Source of the DNA: Candidatus Rifleibacteriota bacterium
Lineage (GTDB): Bacteria; Muiribacteriota; Ozemobacteria; Ozemobacterales; Ozemobacteraceae
Reading direction: 5' to 3'
DNA length: 13,051 nt
NCBI GenBank assembly: GCA_051747585.1
Contig: JBNJGH010000096.1
Coordinates: 1 to 13,051 of the forward strand
The notes under the pieces were generated by a model. It did not search any database and was not told the DNA's origin. It worked only from the letters and a program-made list of their open reading frames with translations. Positions within the stretch are counted from its first letter, which is position 1. The number at the start of each line of letters is the position of its first letter. A program made the position numbers and the translations under genes. Of the stretch, positions 5,709 to 13,051 are shown in pieces.

Positions 5709-6676
5709 TATTCTTCTCCTTCTTTCTGAGTCTGTTCGCTGGTCAGTTTTATGAAGGTGTCTTCGAGAGAAGCCTGACGCGGTATTAGAGCCGAAACTTT
5801 AACCCCGTCTTTTACCAGCTTTTCGTTGATTTGTGCCGACAGATCCTGATTCATTTTCAACAGAAAGCCTTCGCTTATAATTTCATGAGTCAGTTGCTCT
5901 GAGGGATAAGTCTTAAGTATTTTTGCCGCTTTTTCTTTGTCGTTGTCCGGTATTCTAAGCTCCCAGGCTTCGAGGCGGGCCGAAAGTATCTCTTTTACGT
6001 AGCCCTCTTTAATGTTTTTACCCTGATCTATTATTACAACGTAATCACAAAGGCGCTGCACTTCATCGAGCAGGTGGCTCGATAAAAATATGGTTGTTTG
6101 TTTTTCTTTATGAATTTTTTTGAGAATCTCGCGCATTTGCACTCTACCGGCAGGATCCATTCCGCTGGTTGGCTCATCGAGAATGAGTAGCTTGGGGTCG
6201 TGTAAGATGCCAAATGCTACCCCGAGTCGTTGTTTCATTCCGGTTGAAAATGTGCCGAACTTTTGCTGTGCCGAATCCTTAAGTCCTACCATTTTTATGG
6301 CTTCAAAAATTCTTTCTTTGCTTAAAGGTTTGTAAAGAGAGCCAAACCAGTTCAAATTATCGAATGCGCTGAGAGTTTCGATAAAGTTGGGGTTCTCCAC
6401 TACCGCCCCGGTCTGCTCTACTGCAATGGTGCGTTCTTTGGGTAGAGAGTGGTTTAACAGTGTGATTTTGCCATCGAGTAGGGGAATCAGCCCGAGAATA
6501 ATGCGCAAAGTAGTCGTTTTGCCGGCACCGTTTGGCCCGAGGAATCCTGTAATGGAACCATTCGGCACCCGAAAGCTCAGGTCTTGAAGCACTGCTTTTC
6601 GGCCAAAACTTTTATTTAAATTGTTAACTTCTATTGCTGTTTCAGGCCGGTTGTTTTTCATGTTCATTTTGTTCAT
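5708..6676 (-). CDS. ABC exporter ATP-binding protein (BcrA/CcmA-like)
   Basis: Walker A GPNGAGKTT, signature FSTGMKQR, Walker B LLILDEP, H-loop SSHLL. The start could be 6676, 6667 or 6661; all overlap the upstream gene end. Confidence 0.95.
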   Translation of the reverse strand: MNKMNMKNNRPETAIEVNNLNKSFGRKAVLQDLSFRVPNGSITGFLGPNGAGKTTTLRIILGLIPLLDGKITLLNHSLPKERTIAVEQTGAVVENPNFIETLSAFDNLNWFGSLYKPLSKERIFEAIKMVGLKDSAQQKFGTFSTGMKQRLGVAFGILHDPKLLILDEPTSGMDPAGRVQMREILKKIHKEKQTTIFLSSHLLDEVQRLCDYVVIIDQGKNIKEGYVKEILSARLEAWELRIPDNDKEKAAKILKTYPSEQLTHEIISEGFLLKMNQDLSAQINEKLVKDGVKVSALIPRQASLEDTFIKLTSEQTQKEGEE

Positions 6677-7769
6677 ATAATTCCTGATAAAGTTCCTGGC
6701 CCAGAACTTTTAAGATAATAGTTATCGGTACTGCAAGCAGCATTCCCGGAATGCCCCCAAGGCTGGCTGCAATCGTAAGAGCAAGCATTACTACCAGAGG
6801 GTGCAGGCCTGCATTTTCTCCGACAACATTCGGTTGTAAATACCAGCCCTCGATTGTTTGAACTACTGCTATAGTAATAAGAACTTTAAGTGTCACGGCT
6901 AACAATGCCTGGGAAAAGCCAAACTGCGCTATCGCAACAAAAGCGGCCAGAAACACGGTAAAGAGTCCACCCAGATAGGGAATGAAGTTGGCAATGCCTG
7001 ATAGTGGACCGAGAAAAAGAAAAAAGTTCAGGTCTGACAGCCACAAACCTAAAGTCATTATAATAGCAAAAATTGAATTGGCGATAAGCTGGCCTCTGAG
7101 CAGGGAATGTAATTGCTTGTCTATTTTTGCTATTATAACAAGAGTTCTGCGGCGCAAGTTCGGCGGAAGCAGCATTTTAAAGCTTTCATAAATCGCATCC
7201 ATATCGAGAAGAATATAAAAGACCAGAACCGGTATTAGTAGCATATTTATCATGCCGGAAAATGCTGAGCCGACAAAGCCAATTAACCTTTTAAAACCTG
7301 TAATTGTGGTGTCTTTGATTATAACTACTGCATTGGCTGCCAGTTCGCGTAATTTATCGCCTTCGGAGAACTCCTGAAGATAATCGTTAAGATATGGAAT
7401 ATTCTTTGTTTTTTTAAAAAATTCAGCGCTCGATTCTTTAAGATTTTCAGTCAGTTGATCAACTTTAAGGTTGGAAAGCTTGGTAAACATTTCTCCTGCT
7501 TCGCTTATAATTGATATGGAAAGCGGAACAACAAAGATAGTCACAATAAGAATTGTAAAAATAAATACCAGTAAAACCGCCCAGGGCCTGGGAACTTTCT
7601 TGTTTACCAGCCCCCTTACAAGAGGATTCAAAACATAGGCTATAACCAATGAAATCAGAAATGGATATATTACACTTGCAAGGTAGTAGCATAGTATTCC
7701 GACTATTATGAAGCCGATAACGATTAAAGCGTTTTTTATCGATGCAGGTAGTTGTTTAAGACTGGCCAT
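6642..7769 (-). CDS. AI-2E (PerM/UPF0118) family transporter
   Basis: PFLISLVIAYVLNPLV, LRGQL, NFIPYLG, QTIEGWYLQPNVVG, LHPLVV, GIPGMLLAVP; multiple TM helices. Confidence 0.93.
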   Translation of the reverse strand: MASLKQLPASIKNALIVIGFIIVGILCYYLASVIYPFLISLVIAYVLNPLVRGLVNKKVPRPWAVLLVFIFTILIVTIFVVPLSISIISEAGEMFTKLSNLKVDQLTENLKESSAEFFKKTKNIPYLNDYLQEFSEGDKLRELAANAVVIIKDTTITGFKRLIGFVGSAFSGMINMLLIPVLVFYILLDMDAIYESFKMLLPPNLRRRTLVIIAKIDKQLHSLLRGQLIANSIFAIIMTLGLWLSDLNFFLFLGPLSGIANFIPYLGGLFTVFLAAFVAIAQFGFSQALLAVTLKVLITIAVVQTIEGWYLQPNVVGENAGLHPLVVMLALTIAASLGGIPGMLLAVPITIILKVLGQELYQELYEQNEHEKQPA

Positions 7770-7772
7770 CGA

Positions 7773-8666
7773 TCAACCCCCCTGGCTGCTTGATTTTGGG
7801 CCGTAAATTTTTAGAATGAGTTCTATTTCTCCTTTGCCCATGTTAAGAGAACGGGCGATTTGAGGAATGGTTATCCCTCTTTTTGCCATTTTTAGAACTT
7901 CTTGAACAAAGGAGCCTTCGTTGGCTTTTTTGATAGCCTGAAGATTTTTTTCCGGAATTCTCATGGTGGTGGCGAATTCGGCCGGCTCAAGCCCGGTTGA
8001 GCTTTCGCTTTTGCTGCTGGTTATTATAGAAGAATTTTCAGGAAAATTTTGGCTAAGAGCTTCATTCTCCGGCGTTTGGTCTGTTGCTGAAGATTCGCAG
8101 GTTTGCGGCATTAAATCTTCTTCAAGTATTGATAATTGCTTGCTGATTTGCCTGGTAACTTCTTCATCAATCAATTTTCGTATTTCAGCGTAATTTGTTT
8201 TGGGTTTAATTTTCTTTGCCGCATTTTCTTCAAATTCAGAAAATTTGTCGGCAAGATTTTTTATTCTTTCAGACATTTCTTCGAAAGCCTGCCCGATTTC
8301 TTCTTTTAGTTTTTTGTTTGTCGATGAATTTTTCTTGTCAATGTTAGAATCAAGACTTGCCAAAGAGCGAAGCTTTAAGTCTTCACAGCTTTGTTCGAGT
8401 TCTTTAATAAAGTCATTTACTCGTAAAATTTTTCGGTCAGCAATTGTAAGTAACTCGCGCAGGTCGTTTGACTGCTTTTCGAAAACCTTGTGGTTGTGAT
8501 TGGCTGCGAGCTCCATTTCGTCAAGCAGCTGATTCAAAGACATTTCATATGCTTTCAGTTCTTCACTTGCTTTATATTGTTTATTTCTGCTTATTTTCTT
8601 TCCGGCCCAGAAGGCAACAATAGAAATAAAAACAAAGCAAATTACCAGCTGAATCGCTGTCCACAT
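7773..8666 (-). CDS. Membrane-anchored coiled-coil protein with C-terminal HTH-like DUF6115/SwrB-like motif
   Basis: N-terminal TM helix, long coiled coil, S/E/T-rich linker, and C-terminal VLKMAKRGITIPQIARSLNMGKGEIELILKI. Possible SD GAGG upstream. Confidence 0.75.
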   Translation of the reverse strand: MWTAIQLVICFVFISIVAFWAGKKISRNKQYKASEELKAYEMSLNQLLDEMELAANHNHKVFEKQSNDLRELLTIADRKILRVNDFIKELEQSCEDLKLRSLASLDSNIDKKNSSTNKKLKEEIGQAFEEMSERIKNLADKFSEFEENAAKKIKPKTNYAEIRKLIDEEVTRQISKQLSILEEDLMPQTCESSATDQTPENEALSQNFPENSSIITSSKSESSTGLEPAEFATTMRIPEKNLQAIKKANEGSFVQEVLKMAKRGITIPQIARSLNMGKGEIELILKIYGPKSSSQGG

Positions 8667-8752
8667 ATAAATGTTTTACCTCGGCGGTTATTTTTAATTA
8701 ATTTGATCGCAGCTATACGCAAAAATCAATAAAAGGTCGATAGCATGGTACC

Positions 8753-9748
8753 ATGTTTAACATGTTAAAATCCAAAAAAATTTGGGGCTTTGTCGTCTCA
8801 ATATTTTTTCTCTGGCTTGCTCTAAGAAAAGTAGACTGGAGCAGTATCCCGGATATTTTAAGCAAAATTGATTATTCTTTTATTTTGCTGATGTGCTTTA
8901 CTTACACCCTCGAGCACCTTGCCCGTGCCTATAGATGGCGGGCAATTCTTCCGGGAAAATATTTGAAAATTAAATTCGCTTATTTCGGTATTGTGTTGGG
9001 CTATCTTTTTAATAATTTGCTGCCCGCACGTGCCGGCGAGTTCGTTCGTTCATTTTATCTTAAGAAAAAAAAGACCGCTCCGGCTTCAGAAATTTTTGGC
9101 TCTGTAGTATTCGAAAGGTTCCTCGATGGCCTGGTAATAATTTCTCTGATTGTTTTTTCGTTGAACTATTTCCCATCTACAGATCTGGTTAAGCAGGCGG
9201 GAGTATCTGCTGTTATTTTTTATCTGGTTATTCTATTTGTAATAATTCTGCTTCAGTTTAAAAGAAATCTGGTGCTTAAGTTTACCAGAAAAATTTTCTC
9301 GACTTTTCCATCCAAAGTCGCTGAATTTTTGCACGATTCTGAAGAATCCTTTATCAATGGTCTCGGGTTGATTGCCCGCCCGAAAAAATTTTTCAGGGCT
9401 TTGTTGCTTTCTATTGTTTCGTGGGCCCTTTCGATCCTTACCATGTATATTTGTTTGCAGATGTTCAACCTGGATATGGGAGTGGTCGAAGCCATTCTTT
9501 TGATATGTATTTTATCTATTGGTTCAATGATTCCTACTTCCCCGGGAATGATTGGAATTTATGAATACTGTTGTGTGCTGGCTTTGCATGATATCCTTGG
9601 ACGGAGCGAAGAAGTTGCCGTTATGTTTGGGCTGGTTTCGCATACTATAGGTTACTTTTATGTTTTAGTTGTTGGCTTTATTATTCTTGGCCTGGAAAAC
9701 CTGAGTGTTCACGATCTGAGCCATGCTCAAGAAGAAGTTCAAACTTAA
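8753..9748 (+). CDS. Lysylphosphatidylglycerol synthase transmembrane-domain (UPF0104/YbhN-type flippase-like) protein
   Basis: RAYRW, NNLLPARAGEFVR, ERFLDG, IPTSPGMIGIYE; about eight TM segments. The start could be 8753 or 8762. Confidence 0.9.
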   Translation: MFNMLKSKKIWGFVVSIFFLWLALRKVDWSSIPDILSKIDYSFILLMCFTYTLEHLARAYRWRAILPGKYLKIKFAYFGIVLGYLFNNLLPARAGEFVRSFYLKKKKTAPASEIFGSVVFERFLDGLVIISLIVFSLNYFPSTDLVKQAGVSAVIFYLVILFVIILLQFKRNLVLKFTRKIFSTFPSKVAEFLHDSEESFINGLGLIARPKKFFRALLLSIVSWALSILTMYICLQMFNLDMGVVEAILLICILSIGSMIPTSPGMIGIYEYCCVLALHDILGRSEEVAVMFGLVSHTIGYFYVLVVGFIILGLENLSVHDLSHAQEEVQT

Positions 9749-9763
9749 AGTAAAAACGAAAGT

Positions 9764-9791
9764 TAAGTTTTGTCTTTTTCTTTGCCGATAA
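9764..9791 (+). promoter_or_regulatory. Putative sigma-28 (FliA/SigD) promoter
   Basis: TAAGTTTT 9764-9771, N12, GCCGATAA 9784-9791, followed by SD AAGGAGG 9806-9812 and ATG 9819. Confidence 0.68.
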
Positions 9792-9818
9792 TAATTCTAG
9801 TCGCGAAGGAGGTCAGGT

Positions 9819-10364
9819 ATGAACAAACAAAAACAGAAAGGGAAAACGAAAACGCAATTTGGTCTTTTTCTCTTTTTCGTGGTCGGACTTTTTGCCCTCC
9901 AAATTGCTTTTGCTTTCACCCTTCATGGAGACATCGGTCCGCAGACTGATGCTGTGCCCAGCATTGAAAAACCTGTTTCTCCTGTTCTTGTCGGCAGGAT
10001 CGACAGTCTGGTCAGTAATGCCCAAAAAACGATTGTTTCAAATAAAGTGGCACCGGAAGGAGCTTTTGCCCCTGCAAGCAAAAAAATGACATCAAAAGTC
10101 ATGTCTTTTGCCAGGATCGATACCGAACCAGATCCTGAAGCCGGCGAAACCGTGGTGAGAAAAACTGAAAAAAGTAGATTCTATAGCTATATTATCAGGC
10201 GCGGAGATACGTTGCAGAAAATTTCCCGCAAATTATACGGCAGCAGAGATATGGTTCAGTCTCTTGTAAGACTTAACAGAATAAAAAATGAAAAAGCTTT
10301 GCAGCTTGGCAGCTCTTTGTATATTCCGCGAGCGGGTTTGCTCAAGACAATAAAGGTGCTCTAA
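9819..10364 (+). CDS. Membrane-anchored or secreted LysM peptidoglycan-binding protein
   Basis: Strong SD, basic N-terminus plus hydrophobic helix, and a C-terminal LysM domain YIIRRGDTLQKISRKLYG...LNRIKNEKALQLGSSLYIP. Confidence 0.92.
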   Translation: MNKQKQKGKTKTQFGLFLFFVVGLFALQIAFAFTLHGDIGPQTDAVPSIEKPVSPVLVGRIDSLVSNAQKTIVSNKVAPEGAFAPASKKMTSKVMSFARIDTEPDPEAGETVVRKTEKSRFYSYIIRRGDTLQKISRKLYGSRDMVQSLVRLNRIKNEKALQLGSSLYIPRAGLLKTIKVL

Positions 10365-10373
10365 TTTTTACTT

Positions 10374-11960
10374 ATGCTTTCTAATTTCTTTAAACCCCTT
10401 AACCTGCTATGTATAGGTTGCTACATAGCTTTTATGGTTTTTGCGCTCGACAGTTCGGCTGTCGATGCTCTGGTATTTTTTACTGAAGACAAGAATAATA
10501 AACCCTTGTTCTTTGCCGGCGAAGTCGAGACCTCTACAGTTGCAGCCAGAAAATCGCAAAATTCCACTCCTATTGTTGCGATTCAATACAAAAAAAATAA
10601 AATTGCAAGCAATCTGGTTCAGCTAAAAGAGCCGGAAATCACAAAGCTGGATTCAGAAGAAAAACGGAAACAAGGCGTTTCTGGTAAAGGCGAAAAGCCT
10701 GAAAAAGATCAATCTGCCGGTAAGACGGCAAAAAAGATTGCTCTAAAGACTGTTTCGGCAACCACTGCAGGAACGGCAGCCGGCGAAGTGGATAAAAAAC
10801 AAAGTCAGCTTGAAACAGCAGTCGCGGTTGCAGAAAAAATAGCAGAAGAAAAAATAGCCCGGTTGCCCTCCGCTCTTGACTATATAAAAGCGGTTAAAAA
10901 CAAAAAATGGGAATACGCATCTTTGCTCGACAGGTATATTGTTCGCTATGACAAAGACACTTATATTGTTTTAACCATCAGACCTGAATTGCAAAAAAGG
11001 CTTGAAAACGTTTTTAAGAAATATTCGACCCGTATTGGTGCCTGTGTTTTTCAGGACCCGCGGAGTGGAGCTATCTACGCAATGGCATCCAGCCATAAAA
11101 ATAAAATTCTTGATATTGAAAAAGAAGAGTTTAAAAAGAAGCACTGGGCTCTAAAAGCAACTTTTCCCGTTGCATCGATTTTTAAAATAATTACTGCTTC
11201 AGCCGGTCTCGATACAGAAAAGATTACTCCAAACACTCGCATAAGAGCCTGGAAAAAGTCTACTCTCAGAGTGTGGCGCGCTTTTGCCCGTTCCCATAAT
11301 GGTGTGTTTGGTCGTATAGCAAGAAAAGCCGGCAAAAAAATAATGAAGCAATATATCGATGTTTTTGGCTTTAACAAGCCTTTCTTTTTTGATTTGCAAG
11401 TGGGAAAATCTCTTGCAAAGCTTCCTGACAATAAGTGGAAGATGGGGCAGGCTGCGGCAGGCTTGAATCGAGATTTTGTTGTCAGCCCCATGCATGTCGC
11501 TTCTATCGTTTCCACGGTATTGAACCGGGGAAAAATGATGAAGCCTTATCTGGTTGACTACGTAGTTAGAAGTAACAGGGTCATTTTCAGACGGCAGCCG
11601 TTTCAAATTGCTGAGCCGATAAAACCCGAAACTGCCAAGAATATTTATAAAATGATGTATACCACTACCGCAGTTGGAACCGGAAAAAAGGGGTTCGGCG
11701 GCTACAGGCGTTGTCCTGAGTTGCACAAAATGAATGGGGGTAAAACCGGAACACTTACCGGGGCTTCACCGCATTACCTCTTTACCTGGTTTGGTGGATT
11801 CACCAAAGTAATGGGGCGAGATCTCTGCTTTGTGACACTGGTAGGTCAGCGCAATCATAGAGGAACTAAAGCTGCGTCGATTGCAGGGCAAATCGCTTAC
11901 GAGTTATACATGGAAAGACAAAAAGAAAAAGAAAAAGAAGAGCAACTCGCATCCAGATAG
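10374..11960 (+). CDS. Penicillin-binding protein, transpeptidase domain (class B-like)
   Basis: SxxK SIFK (S268), SxN SHN (S307), KTG (K457, GKTGT), plus LTIRPELQ, DPRSGAIYAMAS, SPMHVA and WFGGF. N-terminal hydrophobic anchor; starts 9 nt after the LysM gene. Confidence 0.92.
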   Translation: MLSNFFKPLNLLCIGCYIAFMVFALDSSAVDALVFFTEDKNNKPLFFAGEVETSTVAARKSQNSTPIVAIQYKKNKIASNLVQLKEPEITKLDSEEKRKQGVSGKGEKPEKDQSAGKTAKKIALKTVSATTAGTAAGEVDKKQSQLETAVAVAEKIAEEKIARLPSALDYIKAVKNKKWEYASLLDRYIVRYDKDTYIVLTIRPELQKRLENVFKKYSTRIGACVFQDPRSGAIYAMASSHKNKILDIEKEEFKKKHWALKATFPVASIFKIITASAGLDTEKITPNTRIRAWKKSTLRVWRAFARSHNGVFGRIARKAGKKIMKQYIDVFGFNKPFFFDLQVGKSLAKLPDNKWKMGQAAAGLNRDFVVSPMHVASIVSTVLNRGKMMKPYLVDYVVRSNRVIFRRQPFQIAEPIKPETAKNIYKMMYTTTAVGTGKKGFGGYRRCPELHKMNGGKTGTLTGASPHYLFTWFGGFTKVMGRDLCFVTLVGQRNHRGTKAASIAGQIAYELYMERQKEKEKEEQLASR

Positions 11961-11989
11961 TTTTAAATTAAAAAATCAAAACAGCAGAC

Positions 11990-12029
11990 AAAACAAAATT
12001 ACCCGATGTCAATCGGGTAATTTTGTTTT
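11990..12029. terminator. Bidirectional intrinsic terminator between the convergent PBP and Clp genes
   Basis: Perfect 18-bp stem AAAACAAAATTACCCGAT-gtca-ATCGGGTAATTTTGTTTT. Confidence 0.9.
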
Positions 12030-12036
12030 AGAAAGC

Positions 12037-13050
12037 TTACTCTTCTTCCTGCTGAATTGGTGGGTCGTCGAATTCGGGTATGTCGCCCGGTTCTTGTGGT
12101 TCCGGTTCTTTTACCTCGAACTGGCCCGTTACCTCAAATTCGGCACAGGTTTCATCATCTTCGTCTTTGTCGCACCTGGCAGTGATTTCATCGCCCTTAT
12201 TGAATTTGCCCATCAGAATTGCTTCTGCCAGTGGGTTTTCAATATAACGATGAATCGTTCGTCTTAAAGGCCTGGCACCGTATTTAAGATCTGTTCCTTT
12301 GTCTACCAGAAACGTTTTAAGTTCATCGGTAAACTCGATGCGCATATTGAGACCTGAAACCCTCTCTGTTACTTCTTCAAGTAAAATATTGAGAATTTCA
12401 AGATTGTCTTCTTTGGTTAAAGCCCTGAAAACTATAATGTCATCGATACGGTTGAGAAATTCCGGTGGGAATTGCTTTTCCAGACTCTTTCTCGTGATTT
12501 TTGCCTTCTGTTCGTGCGAAAGCTCTTCAAGTTTTTTCTTGTCATCAGGCGAAGAAGTCGTTTCTTCAACCCTGAAACCCGGTTTGCTTTCTTCTGAGCT
12601 GATATCCCTTACTCCCACATTGGTCGTAAGAATAATTACAGATTCACGAAAGCTTACGGTTTCGCCTTTGCTGTCAGTTAAAACACCTTCGTCAAGAAGC
12701 TGCAACAAGAGATTGTGCACCTTTTCGTGAGCTTTTTCGACTTCGTCGAAAATAACTACACCATTAGGTTTGTTTTTAACTGATTCAGTCAGGTAACCAC
12801 CTTCATTATGGCCAATATAGCCCGGAGGAGCACCGATCAACTTAGCGTATTCATGGCTCATGGCAAATTCTGAACAGTCAATTCTTACCAGATCAGTTTC
12901 ATTACCTGTCATGAACTCACAAAGTGCTTTGGCAAGCTCGGTTTTTCCCACTCCAGTCTGGCCGACAAAAATAAAACTACCTACCGGTCTTTTCGGGTTT
13001 TTTAACCCGACCCTGGCTTTTCTAATAGCCTGGGCGACAGCTGTAACAGC
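12037..13050 (-). CDS. Clp/Hsp100 AAA+ ATPase (ClpC/ClpA-like), second AAA domain and small C-terminal domain; 5'-truncated by the window
   Basis: Frame open to the window edge: AVAQAIRKARVGLKNPKRPVGSFIFVGQTGVGKTE. Pore loop GAPPGYIG, Walker B VIFDEVEKAH, PEFLNRID, YGARPLRR. Confidence 0.93.
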   Translation of the reverse strand, partial: AVTAVAQAIRKARVGLKNPKRPVGSFIFVGQTGVGKTELAKALCEFMTGNETDLVRIDCSEFAMSHEYAKLIGAPPGYIGHNEGGYLTESVKNKPNGVVIFDEVEKAHEKVHNLLLQLLDEGVLTDSKGETVSFRESVIILTTNVGVRDISSEESKPGFRVEETTSSPDDKKKLEELSHEQKAKITRKSLEKQFPPEFLNRIDDIIVFRALTKEDNLEILNILLEEVTERVSGLNMRIEFTDELKTFLVDKGTDLKYGARPLRRTIHRYIENPLAEAILMGKFNKGDEITARCDKDEDDETCAEFEVTGQFEVKEPEPQEPGDIPEFDDPPIQQEEE

Positions 13051-13051
13051 T

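Noticed and set aside
8716..8743. Fourth sigma-28 promoter (GTCGATAG 8736-8743)
   Set aside because: Two mismatches in the -10, no convincing TAAA -35, and too close to the ATG to leave an SD.
8753..9748. Full MprF lysyl-phosphatidylglycerol synthase
   Set aside because: Only the membrane domain (331 aa) is present; there is no C-terminal aminoacyl-transferase domain.
3935..12730. Remaining short overlapping ORFs in the six-frame track (e.g. 4180-4449, 5098-5382, 8200-8499, 11075-11515, 11199-11726, 11881-12267, 12299-12730)
   Set aside because: Shadow or alternate frames of well-supported genes with no motifs; 11881-12267 also runs through a terminator.

Overview
AT-rich bacterial chromosomal window with mostly ordinary genes. 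In order: a 5'-truncated coiled-coil protein, an acidic unknown protein, a RimI-like GNAT and a small secreted helical protein. A minus-strand operon follows (DUF6115/SwrB-like, AI-2E permease, ABC ATPase, ABC permease, mnmA), then a plus-strand envelope cluster (LPG-synthase-TM flippase-like, LysM protein, transpeptidase PBP), and finally the 3' part of a ClpC/ClpA-like ATPase. The most notable signal is non-coding: three same-orientation copies (1989-2178, 2710-2911, ~3460-3674) of a ~190-215 bp nested element. Each has an outer inverted repeat, an inner inverted repeat, a head-to-head REP-like doublet with variable or nested loops, and flanking direct repeats at the same offset (core length + 14 nt). 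Compensatory changes and plus-strand G.T wobbles suggest a strand-specific fold. No mobilising enzyme is present in the window. A second signal is three sigma-28 (FliA/SigD)-like promoters in front of non-flagellar genes. All calls are by eye and motif recognition; no database searches were run.
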